64,000 nt of DNA from an uncultured Eubacterium sp. (GTDB taxonomy: Bacteria > Bacillota > Clostridia > Oscillospirales > Acutalibacteraceae). The translations under genes were made by a program, and so were the position numbers. Positions 25,851 through 36,336 of the stretch are shown one piece after another (positions within the stretch are counted from its first letter, which is position 1; each line of letters opens with the position of its first letter). Where the stretch lies: positions 12,844-76,843 of the forward strand of contig CAJTZJ010000004.1 of the NCBI GenBank assembly GCA_910583925.1. Direction: 5' to 3'. Below the pieces are notes generated by a model, which saw nothing but the letters and a program-made list of their open reading frames with translations, did not search any database and was not told where the DNA came from.

Positions 25851-25853
25851 GGA

Positions 25854-26585
25854 TTATCCCTCCTTTCTGAAGCTGCAGGAGCTTTCACTGCTAAGCTGCT
25901 TTAAAAGCTCAGGGAAAATTTCATCCTTTGCACCCTGCTTCGCAATTTTACCGTTTGCAATTATAACAATTTCATCAGCCAGCTGCATAATTCTCTCCTG
26001 ATGACTTATAATAAGCACACTTTCATGGCGGTTTTTAGAGATTGTTTTAAAGCTTTCAACAAGCTTTGCAAAGCTCCAAAGGTCTATTCCTGCCTCCGGT
26101 TCATCATAAATGGCAAGCTTAAGATTTCTTGCCATAAGAGAAGCAATTTCTATTCTTTTAACCTCTCCGCCTGAAAGTGAAGTATCCACCTCACGATTCA
26201 GATAATCGGCAGAGCAAAGCCCGACGCTTGTTAAATAAGCGGAACATTCATCGCTCGGCAGCTCGGTTCCGTGAGCAAGACTTAACAGCTTACGCACCGT
26301 AAGCCCCTTAAATCTGGGCGGAGTCTGGAAGCCATAGCCGATACCAAGCTTTGCTCTTTCATTGATCGGCATATCCGTAATATCCATGCCGTCAAAAAGA
26401 ATTTTTCCGCCTGTCGGCTTCTCAATTCCCATAATCAGCTTTGCAAGCGTTGATTTGCCGCCGCCGTTTGGACCTGTTATAACAATAAACTTTCCGCTTT
26501 CTATTTTAAGATTGATTTTATCAATAATTTCAAGCTCTCCGTTCGGAGAATCAACCTTAAATTCAACATCCCTTAATTCTATCAT
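25854..26585 (-). CDS. sufC: SufC-like ABC ATPase
   Basis: Walker A GPNGGGKST, signature LSGGEVKR and Walker B AIYDEPEAGID. It is immediately upstream of the SufBD gene. Confidence 0.8.
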   Translation of the reverse strand: MIELRDVEFKVDSPNGELEIIDKINLKIESGKFIVITGPNGGGKSTLAKLIMGIEKPTGGKILFDGMDITDMPINERAKLGIGYGFQTPPRFKGLTVRKLLSLAHGTELPSDECSAYLTSVGLCSADYLNREVDTSLSGGEVKRIEIASLMARNLKLAIYDEPEAGIDLWSFAKLVESFKTISKNRHESVLIISHQERIMQLADEIVIIANGKIAKQGAKDEIFPELLKQLSSESSCSFRKEG

Positions 26586-26588
26586 ATA

Positions 26589-28904
26589 TTACTCCTTTCC
26601 AGAGAAAAATTCTTTTGCTACACGAACGCTTTCCATTGCATCCTTCGTATACCAATCCGCATCAATCATATCGGCATAGGATTGGGTTAAAACCGCACCG
26701 CCTACAAAAATCTTAGCATCTGTATTTTCATGAAGAAGCTTGATTGTTCTTTCCATTGACGGAACAGTAGTTGTCATCAGTGCAGAAAGCCCTACAAGCT
26801 TAACATCATTTTCAACAACTGCATTAAGGACCTCCTCCTCGGGAACATCCTTTCCGAGATCTATAACATCAAAGCCATAATTTGCAAGCAGCACTTTAAC
26901 AATATTTTTGCCTATATCGTGGATATCGCCGTGAACCGTTGCAAGAACAATTTTATCTCCGTTTTCCTGCTTTGCACCGCTGAGTATCATTTTTTCCTTA
27001 ATTACATCAAACGCAGCCTTTGCCGAATCGGCACTCATAAGCAGCTGGGGCAGGAAGATTTTATTTGCTTCAAAGCCTGCGCCAACCTCATCAAGTGCAG
27101 GAATGATATGATGATTTATAACATCAAGCGAATCATTATCCTTCAGAAGCTCTTTTGCACAGACTGCCGCATCCTCTTTCATTCCCTTAACGATTGCCGT
27201 ATGAAGCGTAACCTTTGCTTCTGCCTTCGGCACTTCCGAAACCGTTACACTTTCTATATATTCCGAGCAGTTTTCATCAAGGGCTGAAAGCGCATTGAAT
27301 GAATAATAGGCATTCATCATAGCCTGTGACTGAGGATTTATAATACCTGCCGAAAGACCGCTTTGAAGCGCAAGCGTAAAGAAAGCAGTATTAACAGCTT
27401 CTCTTTTCGGCAGACCAAAGGAAATATTGGATACACCGAGAACCGTATGCACACCAAGCACCTCTTTTATATATTTAACAGCCTTAAGTGTTTCGATTGC
27501 GTTATGAATATCCGTGCTTATCGTCATGGTCAGCGCATCAACGATAAGATCCTTTTTCTCAATACCGTATTCAGCGGCAGTGTTTATCATTTTTTCCGCT
27601 ATTTTAATTCTGCCCTCTGCATTTTCCGGTATACCATTTTCATCAAGACAAAGGCAGACAACAACCGCACCATACTTTTTTGCAAGCGGAAAAACCTCTT
27701 TCATATTCTTTTCCTTGCCGTTTACGGAATTCAGCATCGGCTTTCCGTTATAAATACGAAGCGCCGCTTCAAGAGACGCAGTATCCGTTGTATCTATCTG
27801 AAGCGGAGTTGAAAGCACGCTCTGAAGAGAATAGACAGCGCTTTTCATCATTTCAGTCTCATCAATTTCCGGAAGCCCTACATTTACATCCAGAATATGA
27901 GCGCCTGCATCCTTCTGGGCAATACCTTCTTTTATAATGTAATCTATATCATTTCTTCTTAAAGCTTCCTTAAACAGCTTTTTACCCGTAGGATTAATTC
28001 TTTCGCCGATAACAATGGGCTTTGCGGAAAGCTCAATCGTTTCACTGTATGAGGAAACGAGGCTGAAATTCTTTTTTTCGGGAATATTTTCGGAAATATC
28101 CGCACAAAGCTTAATCATTTCTTCAAGATGCTTCGGTGTTGTTCCGCAGCAGCCGCCAAGATAAGACACACCCAGCTCGGCAATTCTTTTCATATCCTCA
28201 GCAAACTCAGACGGGGAAACATTATAAACCGTTTTACCATTTACACTTTCCGGAAGTCCTGCATTCGGCTGAACGATAATCGGCAAACTTGTCCATCTTC
28301 GGATTTCTTCAACAAAAGCAATCATCTGCTTCGGACCGAGCCCGCAGTTAAATCCGATTGCATCAACACCAAGTCCCTCCAGCATTGCAACAGTCGTTTT
28401 TATATCCGCACCTGTAAGAAGCCTTGCATTTTCATCAAATATCATTGTAACAAGAACGGGTAAATCACAATTTTCCTTTGCCGCAAGAACTGCCGCTTTG
28501 ATTTCATAGGTATCGCTCATTGTTTCAATAAGCACAACATCCGCGCCGTCTTTACCTGCATTTATCATTCCGGCAAAAATATCAATTGCATCCTTGAAAT
28601 CCAGATCTCCCATAGGCTTAAGCAGCTTGCCTGTAGGGCCGATATCAAGGGCAACCTTTCTGCCCGCCTTTTTTGCAATTTCAACGCCTTTTCTGATAAC
28701 CTCTTCATAATTATCCATTTTAAGGCGGTTGGCTCCAAAGGTGTTTGTTGTAATATATTCACAGCCTGCCTCAGCATAAGCCGTATGAACTGCAAGCACC
28801 TTTTTCTCATCTGTTAAGTTTAAAAGCTCCGGCAGCTCCCCTGCCTTTAAGCCTGCTGATTGAAGCATTGTTCCCATGCTTCCGTCAAAAAATTTAATCC
28901 TCAT
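26589..28904 (-). CDS. metH: methionine synthase (homocysteine S-methyltransferase + pterin-binding + B12-binding domains, no fused activation domain)
   Basis: 771 aa. DGSMGTML at the N-terminus, GGCCGTTP zinc site, pterin-binding barrel, and the cobalamin-binding DIHDIGKNIV..G motif near the C-terminus. Confidence 0.9.
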   Translation of the reverse strand: MRIKFFDGSMGTMLQSAGLKAGELPELLNLTDEKKVLAVHTAYAEAGCEYITTNTFGANRLKMDNYEEVIRKGVEIAKKAGRKVALDIGPTGKLLKPMGDLDFKDAIDIFAGMINAGKDGADVVLIETMSDTYEIKAAVLAAKENCDLPVLVTMIFDENARLLTGADIKTTVAMLEGLGVDAIGFNCGLGPKQMIAFVEEIRRWTSLPIIVQPNAGLPESVNGKTVYNVSPSEFAEDMKRIAELGVSYLGGCCGTTPKHLEEMIKLCADISENIPEKKNFSLVSSYSETIELSAKPIVIGERINPTGKKLFKEALRRNDIDYIIKEGIAQKDAGAHILDVNVGLPEIDETEMMKSAVYSLQSVLSTPLQIDTTDTASLEAALRIYNGKPMLNSVNGKEKNMKEVFPLAKKYGAVVVCLCLDENGIPENAEGRIKIAEKMINTAAEYGIEKKDLIVDALTMTISTDIHNAIETLKAVKYIKEVLGVHTVLGVSNISFGLPKREAVNTAFFTLALQSGLSAGIINPQSQAMMNAYYSFNALSALDENCSEYIESVTVSEVPKAEAKVTLHTAIVKGMKEDAAVCAKELLKDNDSLDVINHHIIPALDEVGAGFEANKIFLPQLLMSADSAKAAFDVIKEKMILSGAKQENGDKIVLATVHGDIHDIGKNIVKVLLANYGFDVIDLGKDVPEEEVLNAVVENDVKLVGLSALMTTTVPSMERTIKLLHENTDAKIFVGGAVLTQSYADMIDADWYTKDAMESVRVAKEFFSGKE

Positions 28905-29454
28905 AATCGATTCCCGTAAAAGCTGTAACTGATTTTGTTGGTATCATCTGACAGGTATCCGTAAGCGTAATACCGCACCTTTTGGTTATTTCAAGAAGGC
29001 TGAAAAGCTTTTTCTGCTCGGATATATCCAAATCAAAATAACCGGGCGAATATCTCTGCCTTGTTTTTACCTTGTTTTCTTTTTCGATATGATCCTGAAC
29101 AGCATCGCAGATTTCTTCAATCTTGGAAGCAAGCACTGCCTGCATAATAGCAAGCCTTGCCCCCTCAGCCGAATATGTGCGAAGCAGCCTGTCCCCTTCC
29201 GTACCGACGGTTGCCGCAAGTATGGCTACCTTTGAACAGCCCTTTAAATTCTCTGCAAGCCGTTTGCTTTTAAACTCAAAATTTTCAATAATCAGTGTAT
29301 CTTCCGTAACAATGCAATCAAAAATTCTGTATATACTTTTCGGCTCAACGGTTTTATCAACCTCATTCATAAGGTTGTCTATCAAATTTAAAAGCCTTTC
29401 ATCATCTATTGTACTTCTTGTTCTTAAATATCTTAATATTTCCGCTTTATTCAT
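28894..29454 (-). CDS. stand-alone methionine synthase activation-domain-like protein
   Basis: 186 aa. It sits between metF and metH and overlaps both by 8-11 nt. Size and position match the separate vitamin-B12-dependent methionine synthase activation region proteins seen in Clostridia. This is a family recollection, not a motif proof. Confidence 0.6.
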   Translation of the reverse strand: MNKAEILRYLRTRSTIDDERLLNLIDNLMNEVDKTVEPKSIYRIFDCIVTEDTLIIENFEFKSKRLAENLKGCSKVAILAATVGTEGDRLLRTYSAEGARLAIMQAVLASKIEEICDAVQDHIEKENKVKTRQRYSPGYFDLDISEQKKLFSLLEITKRCGITLTDTCQMIPTKSVTAFTGIDYED

Positions 29455-30322
29455 TTATGATTTCAGACAAGCCTTTCATTATAGATTCTGCCACTTCGGG
29501 CTTATTCATTGTATAAATGTGTATATTATTCTGCCCGTTTGCCATTAAGTCTATAATCTGCTCGGTTGCATAAATTATTCCTGCCTGCTTCATAGCCTTT
29601 GGATTTTCGCCGAAACGCTCAAGGATTTTCATAAACTTTTTAGGAAAAGCACAGCCCGAAAGCTCAACGCTTCTTTTAATCTGATTTGCATTTGTAATCG
29701 GCATAACACCTGCAATCAGCGGAACATCTATTCCCTTTATTGCACAGTTTTCCATAAAGCGATAGAAAATCTCATTATCAAAAAACATCTGCGTTGTAAG
29801 AAAATCAATTCCGCAGTCCACCTTTTCTTTCAGATGCTGAAAATCCTCCACTCTGCTTGTACTTTCGGGATGAACTTCCGGATAGCACGCTCCGCCTATA
29901 CAGAAATCTCCATGCTCCTTAATTGTGTTAACAAGCTCATAGGCATAATGAAAATGCTGTTCATCAGGAAAAACAAAACCCTGCGGAATATCGCCTCTTA
30001 AAGCAAGTATATTTTCAACGCCGTTTTCTTCAAGCTCCGTCAAAACACGGTTTATCTTATCTTTAGTTGAAGTAAGGCAGGTTAAATGTGAAAGCGGCGT
30101 AACACCATTGTTTTTGATTTCAGCTGCAATCTCTGTAGTAAAACCGGAGGTTGTACCTGCTGCCCCATAGGTTACGCTCATAAATGCAGGCTTGCTTTTT
30201 GCCATTTCACGCACAACCGCCTTTGTAGTTTCAATCTTGCTCCATTCCTTCGGAGGGAACACCTCAAAGGAAATATTCACCTTATTCTTTTTTAATATAT
30301 CGGATATTTTCATTGTATCCAC
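29447..30322 (-). CDS. metF: 5,10-methylenetetrahydrofolate reductase
   Basis: 291 aa. SFEVFPPK and the TYGAAGTT pattern are typical of MetF. GAGAGGTGG SD upstream. Confidence 0.9.
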   Translation of the reverse strand: MDTMKISDILKKNKVNISFEVFPPKEWSKIETTKAVVREMAKSKPAFMSVTYGAAGTTSGFTTEIAAEIKNNGVTPLSHLTCLTSTKDKINRVLTELEENGVENILALRGDIPQGFVFPDEQHFHYAYELVNTIKEHGDFCIGGACYPEVHPESTSRVEDFQHLKEKVDCGIDFLTTQMFFDNEIFYRFMENCAIKGIDVPLIAGVMPITNANQIKRSVELSGCAFPKKFMKILERFGENPKAMKQAGIIYATEQIIDLMANGQNNIHIYTMNKPEVAESIMKGLSEIINE

Positions 30323-30336
30323 CTCTCAAATTTTAT

Positions 30337-30365
30337 ATTGTATCAAATTATTATAATAAATTCAA
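30337..30365 (-). promoter_or_regulatory. candidate sigma-A promoter of the metF operon
   Basis: The minus strand reads TTGAAT (30365-30360), a 17-nt spacer, then TACAAT (30342-30337). It ends only about 23 nt from the metF ATG, which leaves no room for a riboswitch. Confidence 0.55.
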
Positions 30366-30667
30366 TACTATTTCATACAAAACAAGTAGGTTTTTTAAGG
30401 ATTACATTGCTTATTATTCAGTTCATTAAATGCAGCTATCGTTTACAGCGAATCGCCAAGCTGAGAAAAAAACGCACCCAAAGCATTTATTTCTTCTGCA
30501 CTTTTCCCCTCTGCTATAGCACAGGCAAGCGCTGAAACAGACATATTTACGGCACACGGATCTATACAAAACACCTTCTTTTCGTAAATTATAAATCAGA
30601 AAACAATATGAAAAAATAAGAAAAAACGAGAAATCAAGAGCAATTGTATATTTTTATAAATTTGTTG

Positions 30668-30696
30668 TTGACGAAAAAAACTTCTTGTGCTATTAT
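30668..30696 (+). promoter_or_regulatory. sigma-A promoter of rplM-rpsI
   Basis: TTGACG, a 17-nt spacer, then TATTAT with a TG extension (TGCTATTAT). Confidence 0.65.
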
Positions 30697-30744
30697 ATTC
30701 CCACGCATTAAAAATGTAATTCACTATTAACGGAGGAAAACAAA

Positions 30745-31173
30745 ATGTCAACATTTATGCCAAAAGCTAACGAAGTTGAACGCAAGTGGTATGTTATTGA
30801 CGCTGAGGGCAAACCTCTCGGAAGAGTTGCAGCAGAAGCAGCAGTTCTTCTTCGCGGCAAGCACAAGCCAATCTTTACTCCAAATGTAGATTGCGGCGAT
30901 TTCGTTATTATTATCAACACAGATAAAGCTGTTCTTACAGGTGATAAGCTAAACAAGAAGCTTTATCAGCATCACACAGGTTATATCGGTAACCTTAAGG
31001 AAGTTAAATACGGCACACTTATGAATGAAAAAAGTGATTTTGCTATGGAGCTTGCTGTTAAGGGTATGATTCCAAGCACAACACAGGGCAGAAAGCAGCT
31101 TACAAGATGCCACATTTATAAGGGCGCAGAACACAAGCATGAGGCTCAGAAGCCTGAAGCTTGGGAAATGTAA
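30745..31173 (+). CDS. rplM: 50S ribosomal protein L13
   Basis: 142 aa. KWYVIDAEGKPLGR.A...A..LRGKHKP.FTP is typical L13. Confidence 0.97.
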   Translation: MSTFMPKANEVERKWYVIDAEGKPLGRVAAEAAVLLRGKHKPIFTPNVDCGDFVIIINTDKAVLTGDKLNKKLYQHHTGYIGNLKEVKYGTLMNEKSDFAMELAVKGMIPSTTQGRKQLTRCHIYKGAEHKHEAQKPEAWEM

Positions 31174-31189
31174 GGGAGGTTTATAGATT

Positions 31190-31588
31190 ATGTACGAAAC
31201 AAATCCTTATTTCTACGGCACAGGCAGAAGAAAAGAATCTGTAGCAAGAGTTCGTGTTTATGCAGGAACCGGTAAAATTACCATTAACGACAGAGATATT
31301 GATGATTATTTCGGTCTTGGCACACTTAAGCTTATTGTTCGCCAGCCGCTTAATCTTACGGAAACAGCTGAAAAGTTTGATATCGTATGCCGTGTAAACG
31401 GCGGCGGTGTAACAGGTCAGGCCGGTGCAATCCGTCACGGTATCGCAAGAGCACTTCTTCAGTATGATGAATCACTTCGTCCTGCTCTTAAAAAGGCCGG
31501 ATTCCTTACTCGTGATCCTCGTATGAAGGAAAGAAAGAAATATGGTCTTAAGGCAGCTCGCCGTGCACCACAGTTCTCAAAGAGATAA
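31190..31588 (+). CDS. rpsI: 30S ribosomal protein S9
   Basis: 132 aa. [30 protein letters not shown] and the C-terminal [17 protein letters not shown] are typical S9. Confidence 0.97.
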   Translation: MYETNPYFYGTGRRKESVARVRVYAGTGKITINDRDIDDYFGLGTLKLIVRQPLNLTETAEKFDIVCRVNGGGVTGQAGAIRHGIARALLQYDESLRPALKKAGFLTRDPRMKERKKYGLKAARRAPQFSKR

Positions 31589-31596
31589 TTTGTTTA

Positions 31597-31633
31597 CAAA
31601 TCCTCAAACTATTGTTTGGGGATTTATTTTTTA
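31597..31633 (+). terminator. intrinsic terminator of rplM-rpsI
   Basis: AAATCCTCAAAC-TATT-GTTTGGGGATTT (one G-U pair) followed by ATTTTTT. Confidence 0.8.
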
Positions 31634-31684
31634 TTACAACATTGTATAATAAATATGTTAAAATTGTTTTTTTAGGGGTAAAAG

Positions 31685-32146
31685 ATGGATAACTATATAA
31701 AATGGCTAAGAAAAAAGATCGGTCACAAAAAATTAATTTTAAATTATGCAGGCTGCATAATCTTTGATGATGCAGGCAGATTGCTGTTACAAAGGCGTTC
31801 TGATTGCAGTAAGTGGGGCTTTTTAGGCGGAATGATTGAGCTTGGGGAATCTGTTGAAGAAGCTGCTATAAGAGAAATTAAAGAAGAAAGCGGATTAGAT
31901 GTTGATATAACATCCCTGTTTGGCATTTATTCAAAATATTTTGCTGAATATGCAAACGGCGATAAAGCACAGACGATAGTTCATATTTTCAAGGCTAAGA
32001 CAGTCGGCGGAACACTGATTGATAAAAGCGAGGAAACGCTTGAATTAAAATATTTTGATTTAAACGATACACCGCCTTTGTTCTGCAAACAGCATCAGGA
32101 TATACTTGATGATATAAAAAGCGGAAAGGAATATGTATATAGGTAA
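31685..32146 (+). CDS. NUDIX hydrolase
   Basis: Nudix box GGMIELGESVEEAAIREIKEESGL. Confidence 0.88.
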   Translation: MDNYIKWLRKKIGHKKLILNYAGCIIFDDAGRLLLQRRSDCSKWGFLGGMIELGESVEEAAIREIKEESGLDVDITSLFGIYSKYFAEYANGDKAQTIVHIFKAKTVGGTLIDKSEETLELKYFDLNDTPPLFCKQHQDILDDIKSGKEYVYR

Positions 32147-32150
32147 ACAC

Positions 32151-32603
32151 ATGGGTTACATAGACAATATTAGAAAGCATATCGGTCACAATCCTATACT
32201 TTCAGCGGGTGCAACAATTGTTGTTTTAAAAGACAACAAAATCCTTTTAAATCTGCGTTCCGATACAAACACTTGGGGAATTCCGGGCGGTTCTCTTGAA
32301 CTTGGAGAAACGCTTGAGGGAGCGGCTGCAAGAGAATTGAAAGAAGAAACAAATTTAGATGCGGAAAGCTTTACACTTCTAAATGTGTTTTCAGGCAATG
32401 ATTTTTATTTTGAATATCCGAACGGCGATAAACTATACTCCGTTATTGCCCTTTATCGTGCTGACAATGTAACAGGAAACCTAAAGGCAACAGATGGAGA
32501 AAGCTTTGAACTTCAGTATTTTGGCAAGGAACAGTTGCCACAGCTTGAAAGCAGGGCAAAGAAAATTATTGATTGGTTGATTGAGAAAGAGATTATATTA
32601 TGA
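32151..32603 (+). CDS. NUDIX hydrolase (tandem paralogue)
   Basis: Nudix box GGSLELGETLEGAAARELKEETNL. I place the start at ATG 32151 (MGYIDNIRKHIGH) because it aligns with MDNYIKWLRKKIGH of the upstream paralogue. The ORF track uses 32133. Confidence 0.85.
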   Translation: MGYIDNIRKHIGHNPILSAGATIVVLKDNKILLNLRSDTNTWGIPGGSLELGETLEGAAARELKEETNLDAESFTLLNVFSGNDFYFEYPNGDKLYSVIALYRADNVTGNLKATDGESFELQYFGKEQLPQLESRAKKIIDWLIEKEIIL

Positions 32604-33079
32604 ACATTAAGATAAAACCTGCCGAAAACGGCGAAGCAGAAAAGATATATCATTTTTACGAAGATATATGCAGAGGATTAGAGGGAGCGCAATATTCTCC
32701 GCTATGGCAAATAGGCTTATACCCCTGCATTGAGGATATAAAGAACCATATAAAAAATAAAGATATGTATATTTCTATTATAGATAGCCGAATTGCCGGC
32801 GCACTGGCAACCGTTAACCACGGCGATTATTCATCGCTTCATTTGTTTGCAGTTCATTCCGATTTTCGCAATCAGAATTTAGGCGGAATGATGATGAACA
32901 AGCTTTTTGAAATTGCAAAGGAAAGAAGCAACAGCAAAATTATTCTTGATGTTGTTAAAGGAAACCTGCCTGCTGAGAAGCTTTATCAAAAAACGGGATT
33001 TAAATATATCGGAGAAAAAACCGAATTCATTGAGCGTATCGGCAAGGTTGATTTTAACATTTATGAATATAGCATTTAA
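32600..33079 (+). CDS. GNAT family N-acetyltransferase
   Basis: 159 aa. The acetyl-CoA binding region is FRNQNLGGMMMNKLFEIAKE. It has a 4-nt ATGA overlap with the preceding gene. Confidence 0.8.
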   Translation: MNIKIKPAENGEAEKIYHFYEDICRGLEGAQYSPLWQIGLYPCIEDIKNHIKNKDMYISIIDSRIAGALATVNHGDYSSLHLFAVHSDFRNQNLGGMMMNKLFEIAKERSNSKIILDVVKGNLPAEKLYQKTGFKYIGEKTEFIERIGKVDFNIYEYSI

Positions 33080-33085
33080 CAAATA

Positions 33086-33107
33086 ACGGAGAGCATATGC
33101 TCTCCGT
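33086..33107. terminator. bidirectional hairpin between convergent genes
   Basis: Perfect palindrome ACGGAGAGCAT-ATGCTCTCCGT. The flanking runs are short (TTATTT and TTAATT), so termination efficiency is uncertain. Confidence 0.55.
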
Positions 33108-33113
33108 TTAATT

Positions 33114-35003
<1,890 letters not shown>

Positions 35004-35014
35004 AGTACAACCTC

Positions 35015-35233
35015 TCAGAACGCAATCTCACAGTCCGGCTCAACCTTTTTACAGGCTTTCAAAACGGCTTTCATTGTTTTCTTTTCGTTTACGCCCTCTT
35101 CAAATTCAACATTCATGTTCTGCATCATAAAATTAACGGAAGCTGAAACTACACCGCTTGTTTTATTAGCAGCCTCTTCCATTAAATTCGCACAGTTTGC
35201 ACAATCCACTTCAATAGCATATGTTTTTTTCAT
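35015..35233 (-). CDS. stand-alone heavy-metal-associated (HMA) domain protein
   Basis: 72 aa from ATG 35233 (GAGGTG SD): MKKTYAIEVDCANCANLMEEA... It carries the CadA-type DCANCA metal-binding motif. It ends 11 nt before the ATPase start, in a different frame. Confidence 0.85.
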   Translation of the reverse strand: MKKTYAIEVDCANCANLMEEAANKTSGVVSASVNFMMQNMNVEFEEGVNEKKTMKAVLKACKKVEPDCEIAF

Positions 35234-35289
35234 AATAAACACCTCATAAAAATAATTTAAAATATTTGAACGCTTTAACAATTAAGCAC

Positions 35290-35318
35290 TTGTTTAATCG
35301 TTCTGTTCGCAGTATAAT
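35290..35318 (+). promoter_or_regulatory. candidate promoter of the ArsR-AraC regulator gene
   Basis: TTGTTT, a 17-nt spacer, then TATAAT. On the opposite strand a TTGATT-17-TATACT arrangement overlaps it and would drive the HMA/ATPase genes. Confidence 0.5.
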
Positions 35319-35407
35319 CATAAAGGATACAAAAATCAACGGATTCAGCCTGTTTTCTTCCGTTCGGAATAAATCTGTTTCCAAAAAGGATAAAAAGGAG
35401 AAAAAAT

Positions 35408-36115
35408 ATGGAATTTATCTCATTGCCGCATGATCACGGCACAAATGACTGCAATGATTATTTGAGAAAAGAGCTTAATAAACAGGACCGATTTACAGTT
35501 GCAGCTGAAATTGCAAAACAGCTTGGCGATTCTGCAAGAATACGCATCTTCTGGATTTTATGCCATTACGAGGAATGTGTTATTAATATTTCCGCTCTTA
35601 TGGAAATGAGCAGTCCTGCTGTTTCACACCATTTGCGTATTCTTAAAGACAACGGACTTATTGAAAGCCGAAGAGAGGGAAAAGAGGTTTATTATAAAGC
35701 AAGAGATACGGAAATATGCCGCCTTCTTCATCAGATGATTGAAGAGGTTATGGAAATAGCCTGCCCTGAAAAAGACAGTGAAAGCAGCGCCTCTTCCCCT
35801 GCCGAAACAGTAAAAAAGGTGCATCATTATCTTCTTGAACATATCAATGAAAGAATAACGATTGATATGCTTTCGGCAAAATTTTTAATTAATCCGACAA
35901 CACTTAAGAAGACTTTTAAAAAGACTTACGGCACTTCTATCGCAGCACATATGAATGAACACAGAATGAAACATGCTGCCAGAATGCTTCTTGAAACAGA
36001 TAAGAGTATTGCTGAGGTTGCCAAAGCGGTCGGATATGAAAGCCAAAGCAAATTTACGGCAGCTTTTCAGAAATATTATAATACTGCGCCATTAAAATAT
36101 AAAAATCAGCAGTGA
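35408..36115 (+). CDS. two-domain regulator: ArsR/SmtB-type metal-sensor winged helix fused to an AraC-type HTH domain
   Basis: Residues about 35-110 carry RIRIFWILCHYEECVINISALMEMSSPAVSHHLRILKDNGLIESRREGKEVYY, an ArsR/CadC signature with Cys pairs. Residues about 135-235 carry ITIDMLSAKFLINPTTLKKTFKK...IAEVAKAVGYESQSKFTAAFQKYYNTAP, an AraC HTH_18 signature. Confidence 0.85.
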   Translation: MEFISLPHDHGTNDCNDYLRKELNKQDRFTVAAEIAKQLGDSARIRIFWILCHYEECVINISALMEMSSPAVSHHLRILKDNGLIESRREGKEVYYKARDTEICRLLHQMIEEVMEIACPEKDSESSASSPAETVKKVHHYLLEHINERITIDMLSAKFLINPTTLKKTFKKTYGTSIAAHMNEHRMKHAARMLLETDKSIAEVAKAVGYESQSKFTAAFQKYYNTAPLKYKNQQ

Positions 36116-36129
36116 TTTGCAAAAAATGC

Positions 36130-36158
36130 TTGCATTTTATAAATCAATATGTTATAGT
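36130..36158 (+). promoter_or_regulatory. sigma-A promoter of the tRNA gene
   Basis: TTGCAT, a 17-nt spacer, then TATAGT. It ends 27 nt upstream of tRNA position 1. Confidence 0.6.
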
Positions 36159-36185
36159 ATTTGAGCATTAAGGCATTCATTATTT

Positions 36186-36262
36186 GCGCCGGTAGCTCAG
36201 TTGGATAGAGTGTTTGGCTACGAACCAAAAGGTCGGGGGTTCGAATCCCTTCCGGCGTACCA
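36186..36262 (+). tRNA. tRNA-Arg (anticodon ACG), CCA encoded
   Basis: Hand-folded cloverleaf: acceptor GCGCCGG/CCGGCGT, D arm GCTC-AGTTGGATA-GAGT, anticodon arm TTTGG-CTACGAA-CCAAA, variable loop AGGTC, T arm GGGGG-TTCGAAT-CCCTT, discriminator A, then CCA. Confidence 0.92.
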
Positions 36263-36263
36263 A

Positions 36264-36304
36264 ATAGAAGATATGAACTTTTGTTTATATCTTCTATTTT
36301 TTTG
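36264..36304 (+). terminator. intrinsic terminator of the tRNA transcript
   Basis: ATAGAAGATAT-N12-ATATCTTCTAT followed by TTTTTTTGTTT. Confidence 0.8.
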
Positions 36305-36336
36305 TTTCTTTAGCAAAGAGAAAAACCCGGCTTATG

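Noticed and set aside
30323-30744. A SAM-I (S-box) riboswitch or Met T-box upstream of metF.
   Set aside because: I read both strands for the S-box blocks and for the GGGUGGUACC T-box core and found neither. The best promoter leaves only a roughly 16-nt UTR. This should still be confirmed with cmscan.
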